Shown: positions 25,472 through 39,425, counted from the first letter of the whole stretch. The stretch is 63,488 nt of DNA, filler included, from Octopus bimaculoides (GCF_001194135.2; 7 parts of 7 records of this genome joined end to end with filler, not necessarily neighbours in it); one strand, 5' to 3'. A program made the numbers and translations. The notes: generated from the sequence alone by a model not told the origin.

Positions 25472-25866
25472 AAGGCGGTGAGCTGGCAGAATCGTTAGCA
25501 CGTGGGACGAAATACTTAGCGGTATTTCGTCTGCCGTTACATCCTGAGTTCAAATTCCGCCGAGGTCGACATTGCCTTTCATCCTTGTGGGGTCGATAGA
25601 TTAAGTACCAGTTTTGTACTGGGGTCGATCTAATCGACTGGTTCCCTCCCCAATAATTTCAGGCCTTGTGCCTAGAGTAGAAAGAATCGTTAGCAGGCCG
25701 GGTGAAATACTTAGCGGTATTTCGTCTGCCGTTACGTTCTGAGTTCAAATTCCGCCGAGGTCGACTTTGCCTTTCATCTTATCGGGGTCGATGTAATCGA
25801 CTTAATCCCTTCGTGTATCCTTATTGGTCCACTCTATGTTTAGCCCCCTGTGGGCAATAAATAAAT
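25472..25866 (+). mobile_element. Tandem dimer of family A SINEs (tail A copy fused to tail B copy)
   Basis: Two heads, at 25472 and about 25684. The second copy lacks the segment between the two ggggtcgat direct repeats. Confidence 0.9.
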
Positions 25867-25912
25867 ATTTTAATTATATAATTTCTCGTCTGAAATTTAT
25901 GAACGTAGACAC

Positions 25913-26240
25913 AGGCGTGTGTGTGTGGTAAGAAGTTTGTTTCCTAATCACGTGATTCTGGGTTCAGTATCACGGCATGGCACCTTGGGTAAGTGTCTTG
26001 TATTATAGACTAGAGCCAACAAAAGCCTTGTGAATTTGATAGACAGAAACTGGAAGAAGCTCGTCGTATATATGTATGTATATAGATATGTGTGTATGTG
26101 TCTGTGTTTGTCCTCCCATCACCACTTGACAACCAGAGCAAGCGTTTTACGTCCCCGTAACTTAGAGGTTCGGTAAAAGAAGACGATTGAATATGTAACA
26201 GACTTTAAAAAATAAGTATTTCGGTTGATTCGCTAAACGT
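25913..26240 (+). mobile_element. SINE family B (diverged)
   Basis: gtggtaagaagtttg...gggttcagt...caccttgggtaagtgtctt...tttacgtccccgtaacttag. Confidence 0.85.
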
Positions 26241-27727
26241 TCTACTAACCCAGAACTATCATCACCTGAAGTCGAATGGAAAGAATACGGTTGGAAATGC
26301 TGAGTAACCAACGCATCTATTATGGAAAGATAACTCATGAAACTGATATTAAAACCAGGATATATCAGAAAAGACAACGTGATAACAAACCATAGATGAA
26401 TAGTAATTAAGAATCCATGAGTTAAGAAAACAAACGTAAATTATATATATATATATATAACGTGTTGATGCAAAGTATGTTAGGTGAAGTCTCTGTTTAA
26501 TATCGAATCGTATCAAGAGATTTGTAGTTAAAGGGAAATAAAACCTTTCTAAATTTATATTCAATGTACGTTGTGACACGTTTGATTTACTTTGATGTTA
26601 AAATTTCCTCTTCTGATTAGCAAAAACTTTGAGAAAGTTCATTTTCACTAAATATACAGACATATTGATCTACTATCGAAAATCTATTTACATTTATTTT
26701 TCTCATTATTCCGTCGCAATTTTTTCTTTTAGTTTTGTAAGTCTTCTTTGATTTCTCGTTTTAATTACAATCTTCCATGTATAATTCTAAAAAAGAGTTG
26801 CACTTTCTTATACACACGATTCCCTGATATTGTCTCAGATACTGGAATTCAAATCGAAATCGTGAACTTTTATTTTTCCCCAGTGTTTTGGCAACTTAAG
26901 TGAATTCAAATTGTACTAATCAGATGTGAAATGTAGGTTATACCAATGTCTTATCCGCTCGGCGCTATACCAATTATTTACCTGCATGATATTTATTCGA
27001 ATCAAATAATTAAAGCAAGCACAAATCGTATAAAATGTTATTTTGACTATTGGCTTCTCTTTACTAACAAGAGAAGCTTTATAAGAGAGAGCAAAGAAAG
27101 GATAATAACATTTATATGTTTAAATGGCAATTAGAGTATCAGCCCCAAATGATATCATGTGCACTGAATTTTGTGTAAATGGCAAACGAATATACTCCAC
27201 AACCTTGGAATACCAGAATCCTCTCCTTTGAAATTTGTTAATGACCCAAACATAGGTTAATGTAAATATATTCTTAAAAATGACAAAAGGTACTTGAGTA
27301 GCAAGCAGAGGCTTTCGAAAATAAAACAATTTATCCAAATTAGAATAATTAGGCACATCTTAGAACTCAGACGTAAGCTCCATTTCAGCTGTTTTATAAG
27401 ATTTGATTTTATTCACAAATATTTTTCTACTTGAAATACAGCGTTAACCCTCTTATTATATAAACGCTTTCATAAGCGCAAATTTCCGGCCCAGAAAGAT
27501 ATAAAGACACATTTGTCATAAATATTCTGCTGGAAACATAAACCAGTCTTACATATCATTGATTTCTAACCATAAATCGTTTGATTATTTCACCATCATC
27601 AATATCTTGATGTCTCGGTTGGTATCTCGGTGGTCTTGTGGGTAAAGGTATATGTAGACGCCAATAACATCCTATGCAGGGTTCAATATCACCCAGGGCC
27701 TGCACTAAGGTGTCTTACGAAACTTTC

Positions 27728-28133
27728 AGGAGCAGGAGTGGCTGTGTGGTAAGTAGCTTGCTTACCACATGGTTCTGGGTTCATTCCCACTGCGTGGCAC
27801 CTTGGGCAAGTGTCTTCTACTATAGTCTCGGGCCGACCAAAGCTTTGTGAGTGGATTTGGTAGACGGAAACTGAAAGAAGCCCGTCGTATATATGTATAT
27901 ATATATGTATGTGCGTGTATATGTTTGTGTGTCTGTGTTTGTCCCCCGAGCATCGCTTGACAACCGATGCTGGTGTGTTTACGTCCCCGTAACTTAGCGG
28001 TTCGGCAAAAGAGACCGATAGAATAAGTACTAGGCTTCCAAAGAATAAGTCCTGTGGTCGATTTGCTCGACTAAAGGTGGTGCTCCAGCATGGCCGCAGT
28101 CAAATGACTGAAATAAGTAAAAGAGAAAAAGAG
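27728..28133 (+). mobile_element. SINE family B, full length, young copy
   Basis: gagtggctgtgtggtaag...gggttcattcccactgcgtggcaccttgggcaagtgtcttc...internal TA/TG tract...gcatggccgcagtcaaatgactgaaataagtaaaagag. Confidence 0.93.
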
Positions 28134-30359
28134 ATCTGTTCTAAATTTACATCACAACATTCAGAAAATTAATGTCTTTCGACCCATCTGCTGTTATTTC
28201 TACACATGCATTTACTCGCTCTCACACACGCACGCACACACATACACACGTACATACACATATGCATATATGTATCCGAGGGTTTGCTTCAAAATTTGTT
28301 ATTGTAGCTGGAAAGAGTACACCCCCCCCCCCCTCTAAAGCATAATGTGCAACAATGCAGTAACTGAATTTTCTTTAGTTAATTTAGAACATGAGATTCA
28401 ACATAAACTAGTTTCAAGATCTCGAGTTATGTTGTGCTGAAGAGCTCAGAACAAGGGCGAAGAGGCATACAACTACTAGAGAATGTAATAGAACAATCAT
28501 ATGGAAATATTATATGTTGTTTCCCTTTTTTCACTCATAGAAAAAGATTTCAAAAAGTATAAACCTAGAAGTAGTTCTCTCCTATTCAGAAGAACATTCA
28601 CCCTCTTAACCATGTCATAATAGTTATTTTCTCTTACTCAATAAGTAAGTATAAGCAGTAGCTGCAGTTTCCGCTCAAATAACCACGTGTAAATGTTTTG
28701 TTATTGTAGAAGAAAACTAAAGATAAACATCCGTAAGTTCATTGTAAAAACATTGGTTGGCGGTTGCCCATCATCCTCAACAGTATCGGTGGCTACTACA
28801 ACTTAGAAGATGGAGATTTTGAGAACAAAAACATGGTAGAGACTTTAATGAGTATCAACGATGTCAACTACCGAAAGTATCGATAAAGACCATGATTTAA
28901 TTCTAGGTATTCTACGAATTTGTTTAGAAAATGTGAGAGTGAAAAAAGAGTTTTTTCGAGTCGAGTTTTCAGTACCTTTTCGATACTACGTAGTTCAGCG
29001 TTAATTCTAAAGTCATAGTGTTTAGCAGTAAAATCTTGAAATCTTGTAAAATGCCTAAACCTTCAGGGTCACATTTTTAGTTCCATGTTGCAATTATAGT
29101 ATTAGTACAACACAGAAACGGGGAAAAAACTAGATTTTAAAATATTAGTTGAAGGCCCTAAGGTTCTAAATATGATTGTACAAAAACATTTACATTAGTC
29201 ACTGAGGTGTTATACATAGCATAATATAAGCCAAAATCCTGGAAACAGATAAACATCTGTGAAATAAAGTGCAAAATAAACTGGATTTTACAGTTAGATA
29301 ATTTAAAATGAAGAAAGATTATTTTATAAGTTTAGACATTATCTCCATAATAAATGACTGGCTAATGGAAAAATGCGACAATAATAGAACGGCTCTCAGC
29401 ATGCTGTTGTGAAGATGAAACTGAGATGGTCTTGAAATGTTAATGGAGTTAGGAATGCTAATGTTCCAAACTATAAATTACTAATAAAATACAAATGAAA
29501 AGTAATTACTAAAAAATTAATTTCAGACACAGTTTTATCCAACATACATGACACAAAGAAATACACGCAGTCTCTCAGACAAATACATACGCCCGTACGT
29601 ACACTCAGACATCCGCACGGCCATGTAGAGACGGCATAGAAAGGAAAGAAGGAAGAGTATATGCATTTTATAGACAGATAAATGTAATTGCAACCGAAAT
29701 AAATGTAATTTCCATTTCACATGTATCAGAAACACACACACACACACATATCCAAGGATCGAGGTGTAGGAAGAAAGTTAGCTTCAAGCAATCCGTAGTA
29801 AATATATATTAAAAAAAACAACTTTCAGGGAAACTAGTGGTTTATTGAGATGGAAGGTTGGATATTTATAGTTCGGAACATTAGCATTTCTAAGTCCATT
29901 AATCTTTGAATGCCATCTCGGTTGTGGATTTCCTCGTATCGAAGTACGATAAACTGAAAAAGTTCTTTTTATATTTCACGGTGGGTGACCAAGTTTGCCG
30001 GATATGCGAATAAGAATACAAGAATTAAGGAATGGAGTTCATAAGATCCGGACTCCATATGTTTCATTGCGAGCGGAAGCTCGGAAGTGGTAAATATTCA
30101 AACCTGGTGTATACCGCAGACTATTCGTTTTAATATAGTTGATATATTGAATACAGTTTTGGAGAAATTCATGCATGTTGGACCTAGGGATGAATTAAAT
30201 ACATGCCTAACCTGATGTCCCTAACTTTGATGCTTATATTATTCTTACATTATTCTAACGCCTCATGTTTGAATATCTGCACTGGGGAAAGTCGTTTCCC
30301 TTATAGTCATATATATATGTGTCTGTGTATGTGGGTGTGTGTGTTTATATATATATATG

Positions 30360-30392
<33 letters not shown>

Positions 30393-30522
30393 ATCTGTGT
30401 GTGTGTGTGAGTGTGTGTGTGTGTGTGTGTGTTTATATATATATATATGTATATATANNNNNNNNNNNNNNNNNNNNNNNNNNNNNNNNNNNNNNNNNNN
30501 NNNNNNNNNNNNNNNNNNNNNN

Positions 30523-30583
<61 letters not shown>

Positions 30584-31672
30584 TGCTGATGTCATATGAA
30601 ATTTATAAAATTTCATGACGACGTAAACAAGTTCTTTATTGGAAAACGAGCCTATAAATAAAAATGCAGTAAAATCTTAACAAAGTTTAGTTTTTAGGAT
30701 TGCAATAATCACTGAATTTTTATAAGCAAAGAATGTTCTGTAAAGATTCAACAGAGTAGAATAAAATATTTAAAAATATATCGAGAATAAAGCTTGTATA
30801 AAGGTTAATATAACAAATATAAAAGGACATGTATGTATATAAGAATGCATGCTGCGTAGAAACAGCTGAACTTGCTTATGTAGTTTATGCATATATAAGT
30901 GTGTAACTTCGAGCACACTTCTCTTGAGATTCACCCGTCCCGATTGCTTTTAGCTGATGAGACACAACAATGCCAAAACGCCAGTCGTTGAAGAGTCTTC
31001 TTACGCTTAGTATTTGTATATATTATAAACAAATGTTCATCTGAAAGGAAAACTTGTTCTCCAATGAGGAAATGTAACAGCGATTAGCATATTCACGCTT
31101 CACGTTTTGAGAATGNNNNNNNNNNNNNNNNNNNNNNNNNNNNNNNNNNNNNNNNNNNNNNNNNNNNNNNNNNNNNNNNNNNNNNNNNNNNNNNNNNNNN
31201 NNNNNNNNNNNNNNNNNNNNNNNNNNNNNNNNNNNNNNNNNNNNNNNNNNNNNNNNNNNNNNNNNNNNNNNNNNNNNNNNNNNNNNNNNNNNNNNNNNNN
31301 NNNNNNNNNNNNNNNNNNNNNNNNNNNNNNNNNNNNNNNNNNNNNNNNNNNNNNNNNNNNNNNNNNNNNNNNNNNNCTGCAATTAATGCTTTTACTCCAG
31401 TTATCAACAAGAGTAGAGAACTTGTGTTGGATTCACCATTCCGCGTTGCTTTTGGATGACGAGACACCAGGATATCAAAATTGCGGAGGTCCTGGAGACC
31501 CCATACGATAATAAACCGAATGTTTTTGAACAGGCATGTGTCTGAAAGGAAAAGTTGTTCTCCAATTCTCCAATAACGGAAAACGACAGAGATTAACACG
31601 TTCGCGTTCGAATTTGCTGGAACATATTAAGAGTGAATATGCAAGCCATAGCATACGTGTGCTTGTACTCTT

Positions 31673-31988
31673 TGAACACGCATCGCTCAGTGGTTAGAAC
31701 GTTGGGCTTACGATCGTGAAGTTGTGAGTTCGAATCCCGGACCGGGCTGCGTGTTGTGTTCTTGAGCAAGACACTTTACTTCACGTTGCTCCAGTTAACT
31801 CAGCAGTAGAAATGAGTTGCGACACCACTGGTGCCAAGCTGTATCGGCCCCTTTGCCTTTCCCTTGGACAACACTGGTGGCGTGGAGAGGGGAGGCCGGT
31901 ATGCATGGGCGACTGCTGACCTTCCACAAACAACCTTGCCTGGACTTGTGCCTCGGAGATGAACTTTCTAGGTGCAATCCCATGGTCA
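31673..31988 (+). mobile_element. SINE family C, full length
   Basis: gctcagtggttagaacg...gagttcgaatcccggaccgggc (A and B boxes). Body and tail match 4183-4502. Confidence 0.92.
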
Positions 31989-32034
31989 GTATTGTCCGAA
32001 GCTGGGTCTCCTACACTTTGACCTACTGGTGCAA

Positions 32035-32297
32035 CTCATTTCAACAGCTGAGTGAACTGGAGCAACGTGAAATAAAGTGTCTTGCTCAAGGATAAAGCGT
32101 ACTGCTAGGAGTCAAAATCATGACCTGATGATACCCAAACTACTAAGCCATCCTTGTGACATTCTATATCACATTGTGTCAACCTGAGGGTACGCATGGC
32201 CCTGGCGTGCTTAGTCAGTAATACATTATTTTCACGAGCAAGCTGTTTCGTCCATTGGATCAACTGGAACTCTAGACGTCGTGACCGACGGATCGCC
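32035..32297. mobile_element. Inverted family C/D SINE head (32035-32150, minus) followed by a family D tail (plus)
   Basis: agtgaactggagcaacgtgaaataaagtgtcttgctcaag is the reverse complement of 31759-31800. ttcacgagcaagctgttt...gtgaccgacgga matches the family D tail. Confidence 0.8.
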
Positions 32298-32420
32298 AGT
32301 TATATATCTATATATATATANNNNNNNNNNNNNNNNNNNNNNNNNNNNNNNNNNNNNNNNNNNNTTAATTAATTAANNNNNNNNNNNNNNNNNNNNNNNN
32401 NNNNNNNNNNNNNNNNNNNN

Positions 32421-32463
<43 letters not shown>

Positions 32464-32679
32464 CCCTCTCCCCCTCTCTCTCTCACACTCTCTCTCTTTC
32501 TCTCCATTTGTCTTTTGGCGGTCACACATTTTTTCCCATCTCTTCCGGACGTGAAAATAATTATGAGAAAGAGCAAAACAGAGACAAGCAATTGATATGT
32601 AAAAGTTAAAAATATACAACTTATATCCAACTACAGTAATATAAAAGAAACAACAATAACAAAAACAAACCCCCACCCC

Positions 32680-33110
32680 TCGAAAACATGACAACAATGA
32701 TAGTATTAATAATGAAAGTAGTAGTAGTAGTAGAAGTAGTAGCAGCAGCAGCAGCAACTGTAGCAACAGCAATGAAAATATGAACAGCAATAATAATGGC
32801 TAAAAGAACAACGAAAAAGAGAAGAGGAAGGAGATGAAGAAGAAGATGAAGAAGGCGAAGAAGAAGGAGAACAACAACAACAACAACAAAAGAAAAGGTA
32901 GAAGAGCAACAGAAGTACAAAACAAGAAGAAGAGGAAGAAAAACAACAGAAGAACAAAACAAGAAGAGGAAGAAGACGAAGAAAAACAACAACAACAAAA
33001 AGATGAACAACAAAAAAGAACAAAAGTAGAACTAAAGAAGAAGAAGAAGAAGAAGAAGGATGTCGACGACGACGATGACGACGTCAATGATGATGAAGAT
33101 AATTGAAAGG
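32680..33110. repeat. Compound trinucleotide low-complexity region (TAG, GCA, GAA, CAA, GAC)
   Basis: Direct reading. Confidence 0.92.
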
Positions 33111-34645
33111 TGACATGATAGAAAAGGAAACACGGATAAACAACACGGTTATATTTGTAACAAGAGCGACAAGAAGAAGAATAAAGTACATACAACAATA
33201 ACTAGAACAAAGAGTTGTAAAAAAAGGTAACAAACAAAAGAAGTGCGACAGAAAAGAAAAACACAAGAATGCGACAAAGAGATGTATTCCGGAATTTGAG
33301 ACGCATTTGTAAACACATACATATATACGTGTATACATACGTGTATGTTGGTGGCGAGGGAGGTATCGGAAATGCATGTTGATATTCTATAGAGACCGAA
33401 TGAAATACGGATAAATACATGTAGGCATATATATGCAAATACATGCATACACATGAACATACACACGTATATATCTACACATATATATATATCCATATAG
33501 ATATACATAAATGTGTGGGTGCGTGCTGTGTGTGCGCACGGGCGGTGGTATGTATAATGAAATATAAGGTGATATTATAAAGGATATATGTTCACGTGCT
33601 TTCGTTCTTCGCTTGGTAAGTATATATACAAAAAACTAAGTCAGAGCGTAGAAAAGTTATGAGCAGGATTATCACTAGTGACCATTTAAAAAAAAAGCAT
33701 TTATCGTAACATTCACTGCCTATAAATATTTACAAATACTTTGTATTCATTAATAAACGAAGTTTCTTTATCGATTTACTTTGAGTATCTGTATTTAAAT
33801 ATGTAGTATTATTATCGAAAAACTTTGAATTTAAAGAACTTGCTGGCAGCACATCGTCCAAATGTTTACAAACGGCTATTTGTTGGATACTGGGATAACG
33901 ATGTGTTGACGATGAGCGGTCATTCTTCTGAAAATTAATCCCATTTTTCCGATGTAATCTTTATTACTTCTGTTACATTTAATAAATTTCCTGATGCACA
34001 TTAAAGTAATTCCTTTCGTTAATTCCTTGGATTTAGTAATTGTTGAAACTTGGGATAAACGACTTTAAGTAATACATATTATTCGATGGATAGTACAGAG
34101 AATATTAATTGATATCGTAATAGAACGCCGCATAAGGATCGATATTCAAGATTTGGGAAGGGCAAAAGGCGCATCAAATACACATATTGCCTTGCGCCAT
34201 TACATAATACATCGCTTAAGATACTCTGAATATGTTAGTTTTGCCAAAATGTCCGTTCGGTTTTTGCCGACATTAAAATGCAAGCGCTCTAATAAGTAGC
34301 TAGTTGCATTCTGTTCTTTGCACATGCGCACTCATCAGTTATTTGACAGGTAAACGTCGTTCGACACGAACTTTCAACGAGACAAGTTGCGTTTTGTGTG
34401 TTTAGGTTCTCTTTGAAAACGGAGAAACAAAATGAACATTATTAACATCTCATGCCAATTTACCAAAAACAAGTAAAAAAAAAAAACACATACACACAAA
34501 GGAACAGAGTGGCAGAAACCGGCACGAAGATATGCATATGCCCTGCGTACAGAGACGATAGTGTTACTGAGCATGTATACCAGAAGTCATTTTAAACATG
34601 TCGATCGGAGAGCAGAAGCCCGTAGGTTTTAATAGTAATAATAGC

Positions 34646-34834
34646 GGTTTCAAATTTCGACACAAGGCAAACAATTTCAGTGGGAGGGCTAAACCTACTA
34701 CATCGATCCTAGTGCTCATCTGGTACTTATTTTATTGACCCTGAAAGGATGGAATGTAATGTCGATCTCCGCGGAATTTGAAACCTGAACGTGAGGAGCC
34801 AGAAGGCGTGCTAACGATTCTATCAGCTCGCCAC
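34646..34834 (-). mobile_element. SINE family A (tail type C)
   Basis: Reverse complement of the family A consensus. Confidence 0.82.
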
Positions 34835-34854
34835 TGGCACTATTTCTCCCCTTT

Positions 34855-34916
34855 ACCGTTCTTTCTTTCTTTCTTTCTTTCTTTGTTTCTTCCTTTCTTT
34901 CTCTCTTTCTTTCTTC

Positions 34917-34949
<33 letters not shown>

Positions 34950-35117
34950 TTTCTTTCTTTCTTCATTTCTTCCTTTCTTTCTTTCTTTTTTCTTCTTCCC
35001 CGCCTCTTTCTCCATCCTCAACCTTTACACTTTTACCAACCTATTAACACCTACCGCTTAACACACTGGAAATACAAGACATACGTACTCATACATAATA
35101 CGTATAAATACACATAG

Positions 35118-35166
<49 letters not shown>

Positions 35167-35862
35167 TACATACACACACACATACATGCGCGAACGCAAA
35201 CACACATATAATACCCAACAATGAAGCAATTTCACAGCTTTTCATAAAATGGACACTTGACAAAGCCTCCATGGTATTGATTGTGGTGGTGGTGGTGGTG
35301 GTGGTGGTAGTGGTGGTGGTGGTGGTGGTAGTGGTGGTGGTGCTGGTGCTGATGTTGATGATAGTGATGGGGATGCTGGTACTATTGTGACGGAGTGGTA
35401 ACAGAGGTGGTGGTAACAGAGGTGGTGGTAACAGAGGTGGTGGTAACAGAGGTGGTGGTAACAGAGGTGGTGGTTGTGGTGGTGGTGGTGGTGATGACGG
35501 TATGATGTCTCCTAGAGATGATAGCGTTATTTTATCGTCGTCGTCATACTCCTCATTATCACCGTCATCATCATCATCATCGTCGTCGTCGTCGTCGTCA
35601 TCGTCCTCCCCTCCACCTCTTCCTCGACATCATCACCATTACAAACGTCGTCGTCGTCGTCATCAGCATTGTCACCCTCCTTCCCCTTCTTCCTTCCAAC
35701 TTCTCCCCTTCCCCTTTCACCCCATCATCATCATCGTCCTCCTCCTCCTTCTCTTCGACATCTCATCATCATCATGAGCAGCAGCAGCAGCACATCGTCG
35801 TCCATATCGTCGTCGTCATCATCATCAATATCATCATCATCATAATCATCATGATCATCATC

Positions 35863-35923
<61 letters not shown>

Positions 35924-35924
35924 A

Positions 35925-35971
<47 letters not shown>

Positions 35972-35972
35972 A

Positions 35973-36005
<33 letters not shown>

Positions 36006-36106
36006 NNNNNNNNNNNNNNNNNNNNNNNNNNNNNNNNNNNNNNNNNNNNTTAATTAATTAANNNNNNNNNNNNNNNNNNNNNNNNNNNNNNNNNNNNNNN
36101 NNNNNG

Positions 36107-36200
<94 letters not shown>

Positions 36201-36270
36201 GCTTGCGCGCGCGTGTATGTGTGTGTGTGTATGTATGTATGTATGTATGTATGTATGTATGTATGTATGC
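34855..36270. repeat. Microsatellite cluster: (TTTC)n, (CA)n, (GGT)n, 15-bp minisatellite x5 (35397-35471), (TCA)n, (TA)n, (TG)n, (TATG)n
   Basis: Direct reading. The 15-bp unit is ggtaacagaggtggt. Confidence 0.95.
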
Positions 36271-36715
36271 ATTAGGATCCTGTCAGGGTAGAAAATCAGA
36301 ATATTTTCAATGTAGCACTTAAATTGATCTCGTGGCTATCTACTCTTGAAATTCGACCGGTGTAGAAAATCCAGGTACATCATTGGAAAATCCAATGTGC
36401 GTGTCTTACGAGGAGTAATAAATAATGCTAATAATAAGAAGAAAGAGTTGAGCACATCTTTAATACTAATTACAAAGTGTTTCGGTACTACTCTGTTGTA
36501 AACGCTATTGCACACAAAGACATTGTGCCAATGTAAGAGCGCACCTTTTGATGCAAGCCTAATTAAGTGGCGCTCTAACGTCATCAACTAGAAATATTAC
36601 GTAACTTTTCACATGAAATCATTTACCTGTAATGGCGCTAAAAGCGGAGTGGTACCGAAACAACAGTAATTAGTATTAAAAATGTGGAAAACTCTTTCTT
36701 CGCCTTCTTATTAAG

Positions 36716-36830
<115 letters not shown>

Positions 36831-38875
36831 CTAAACCTCTGTAAGTCCGATCTCACATATATATCTTGTGAAATTGCATCACAAAAATGAGCTTCTAATA
36901 GATAAACGTACATAACGCCGAAATATGTATAGCTAACACCCGTCCAGGCAGGAGATCGACTAGAATCATAATTAACACCCGTTTTCTGTAATCAAATCAA
37001 TGCAGCTTAGGGTATAATTCATCTCAACAAATGGAAAAAGAAGGTAAGGAATATATATATTAAAAGATGCAACCTATTCCCCCTCACTTTGTATATACAT
37101 GTCGAGCCCAATCACGTGTGTTTGTTCGACTGAATTCTAGAGACATGAGCAATATTGAAAGGTTTTGCAACTGAAACAGTGCATGCATTCTATCAAGCAT
37201 TGGTTTTCTCAAGAACTGTATGCATTCATTTGAACAATCTCTACATCCGTTCTCACACTAAGTATCTTAATAGGACTGCATGTATACCATGTGGATGAAC
37301 TTTCCCAAACATCTTGGCACCCGCATCTTCTGTGTTAGCGTTCCCTCTAGGTGCACACTGCTGAAACTACAGTGCGATAGATGATGGTTGAAACACAAAA
37401 TACATGATCTACAGTATATTTCAACCGGTAAATTATTGTTTGCCGTCCTTATTTGCGTTTCAATGATGTCTACAAACAAGACATAAAAACACAGACGTAA
37501 ACACTTTTACAAAATGTATTTCACAGATATTTCCAGTAATCTATTCTATACAAGAAGCAATGCAAATGTAAATCACTCAATCTCACTTTTACAATCTCTT
37601 TCACTCTTTTCCTCTCTCATTCCCTTTTACCAATTCAAATTATGTTTCAAAGCAGGAATAATTTATTTATCAGTAAATACATTTATGGTTGAATTTTGTT
37701 ATTCAAATACATTATTAGAAAGACTTTATACATCAAGTTTGTTTCAATTAGTTTTGATAACAATCGTATGCATATTTTATGGCTATTTTCTTTGAATGTT
37801 TAATTAATCAAAAGTAAAATGTTACATAAGTGAATTGTAAAGCGCTATAGGTTATAATTATAACATGTTCACAATGCTGATGGCTTTCAGAACACAATAT
37901 ATGAAATGCTGTCATCATGATCAAAGATAAAATGGTAATAAAAAAATGGTAATTATATAACAGTAAGTATAAAACTTTCAAAAGCACCCAGTTATAAACA
38001 AGCTATTATTGGTTTGTATTTACGACTAAAACTGCCTATTCATAATGCCTAGTCACACGCACTAAATAATCTGGTGATATACAAAAAAGTATTCTAAAAT
38101 GTTGTGTCAATTTATTATTGAGTAATAGCTTTAATTAATGGCCAGTCTTTCAAATGAAAATCAAAATTTCGAATTTCTGTTGCTATTAGAATGTACAGTA
38201 AATAGCTGGATAAGTAGCAGAGTACATTACTCGATAACTGCTTTTATTGCATCTGTTATGGTAAAAGTTAAAGGATAGCTATAACCCTTGTAAGTAAGTT
38301 GTCTTTAAGACACTGAACATGAACGCTACATAATCTGTGCATGCCACCGTGTTCTGGAAAAATTACTTGAATGTTACTGTGACCGAGTTACTATTTGTCA
38401 TTAGGCAACTTACTACAAATGGAACCAGTTAGTGAAGGCAACGGAAAAAACGAGAAACTGCTGAGCGTTTCGATATTTTCTGTTTTGTTTAATTAAAGTC
38501 AGGTGATGGTCATAACCTGAACGATATTTCACAGATGTTTATCACTATAAATCCTTGTTTGTTAAGTTTCCTCCTCCCAGTGGTAATAAATGTAGGAGTC
38601 TGTGATGAAAGAAATTAGATTGTATCAAACAGGTGCCTAAACAAAATTATCTTTTTCTCATTGTTTCTCCCACCGCCATCAGTGATGGCAACACTGTCAC
38701 TAATCCAGTTAAAAATTGAATGGGAGTTATACCTTTCTGAAGATTTGACAATGCAATTGGATTATATAATTTAGATTATATAACTGATAATTATTCTTTG
38801 TAGATGAAATGCACGTAAGGCTTTATAACTAAATATTATTTAAAACAAATTCTGCTGTTTTGTCGTGACATATAT

Positions 38876-38939
<64 letters not shown>

Positions 38940-39382
38940 CAATTAATGAATGACAATAAGGGTTGCATGGTCACCTTCATCAGCTTACTGCTATTTCTGC
39001 TTTAAGTGCACTCAGAGCCGAGTGCTTGTGCAACATCCTATAGCTTTCTCTGCACCATTATGAATGCTTGTAGCTTGGTTTACTCTTTTGCAAGCGTTAC
39101 AATCTGTCCTCCAGATTTAATAGTAAACATTATTCTTGATCGCTTGTCTCTATAAGTGCAAGCCAGAAACCTCTGCTTGTTCACATTATTCATGCAGATA
39201 TCAACCTAGAAATGTTTAAACTAAGCAACCACTACATTAATCTCACTAGCCTGAGTATGGCCTGCAAAAGTCATGCTCACTGTAGGTACTCTTGAGGAAA
39301 TTATGTATGTATGTATGTATGTATGTGTGTGTATGTATGTATATGTGTATATGTATGTATGTATGTATTATGTATGTGTATG

Positions 39383-39425
<43 letters not shown>

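Noticed and set aside
28710-28880. Possible 23-nt microexon (ttgtag|...|gtaagt) or very eroded mariner catalytic region (IGW.LP...GDFEN)
   Set aside because: The two readings conflict and both are weak. There are no neighbouring exons and no clear YSPDL motif.
32834-33106. Lys/Glu/Asp/Asn-rich and poly-amino-acid ORFs (also 6715-7054, 35502-36057, 53959-54730, 61186-61958)
   Set aside because: They are translations of trinucleotide microsatellites, with no domain content or splice support.
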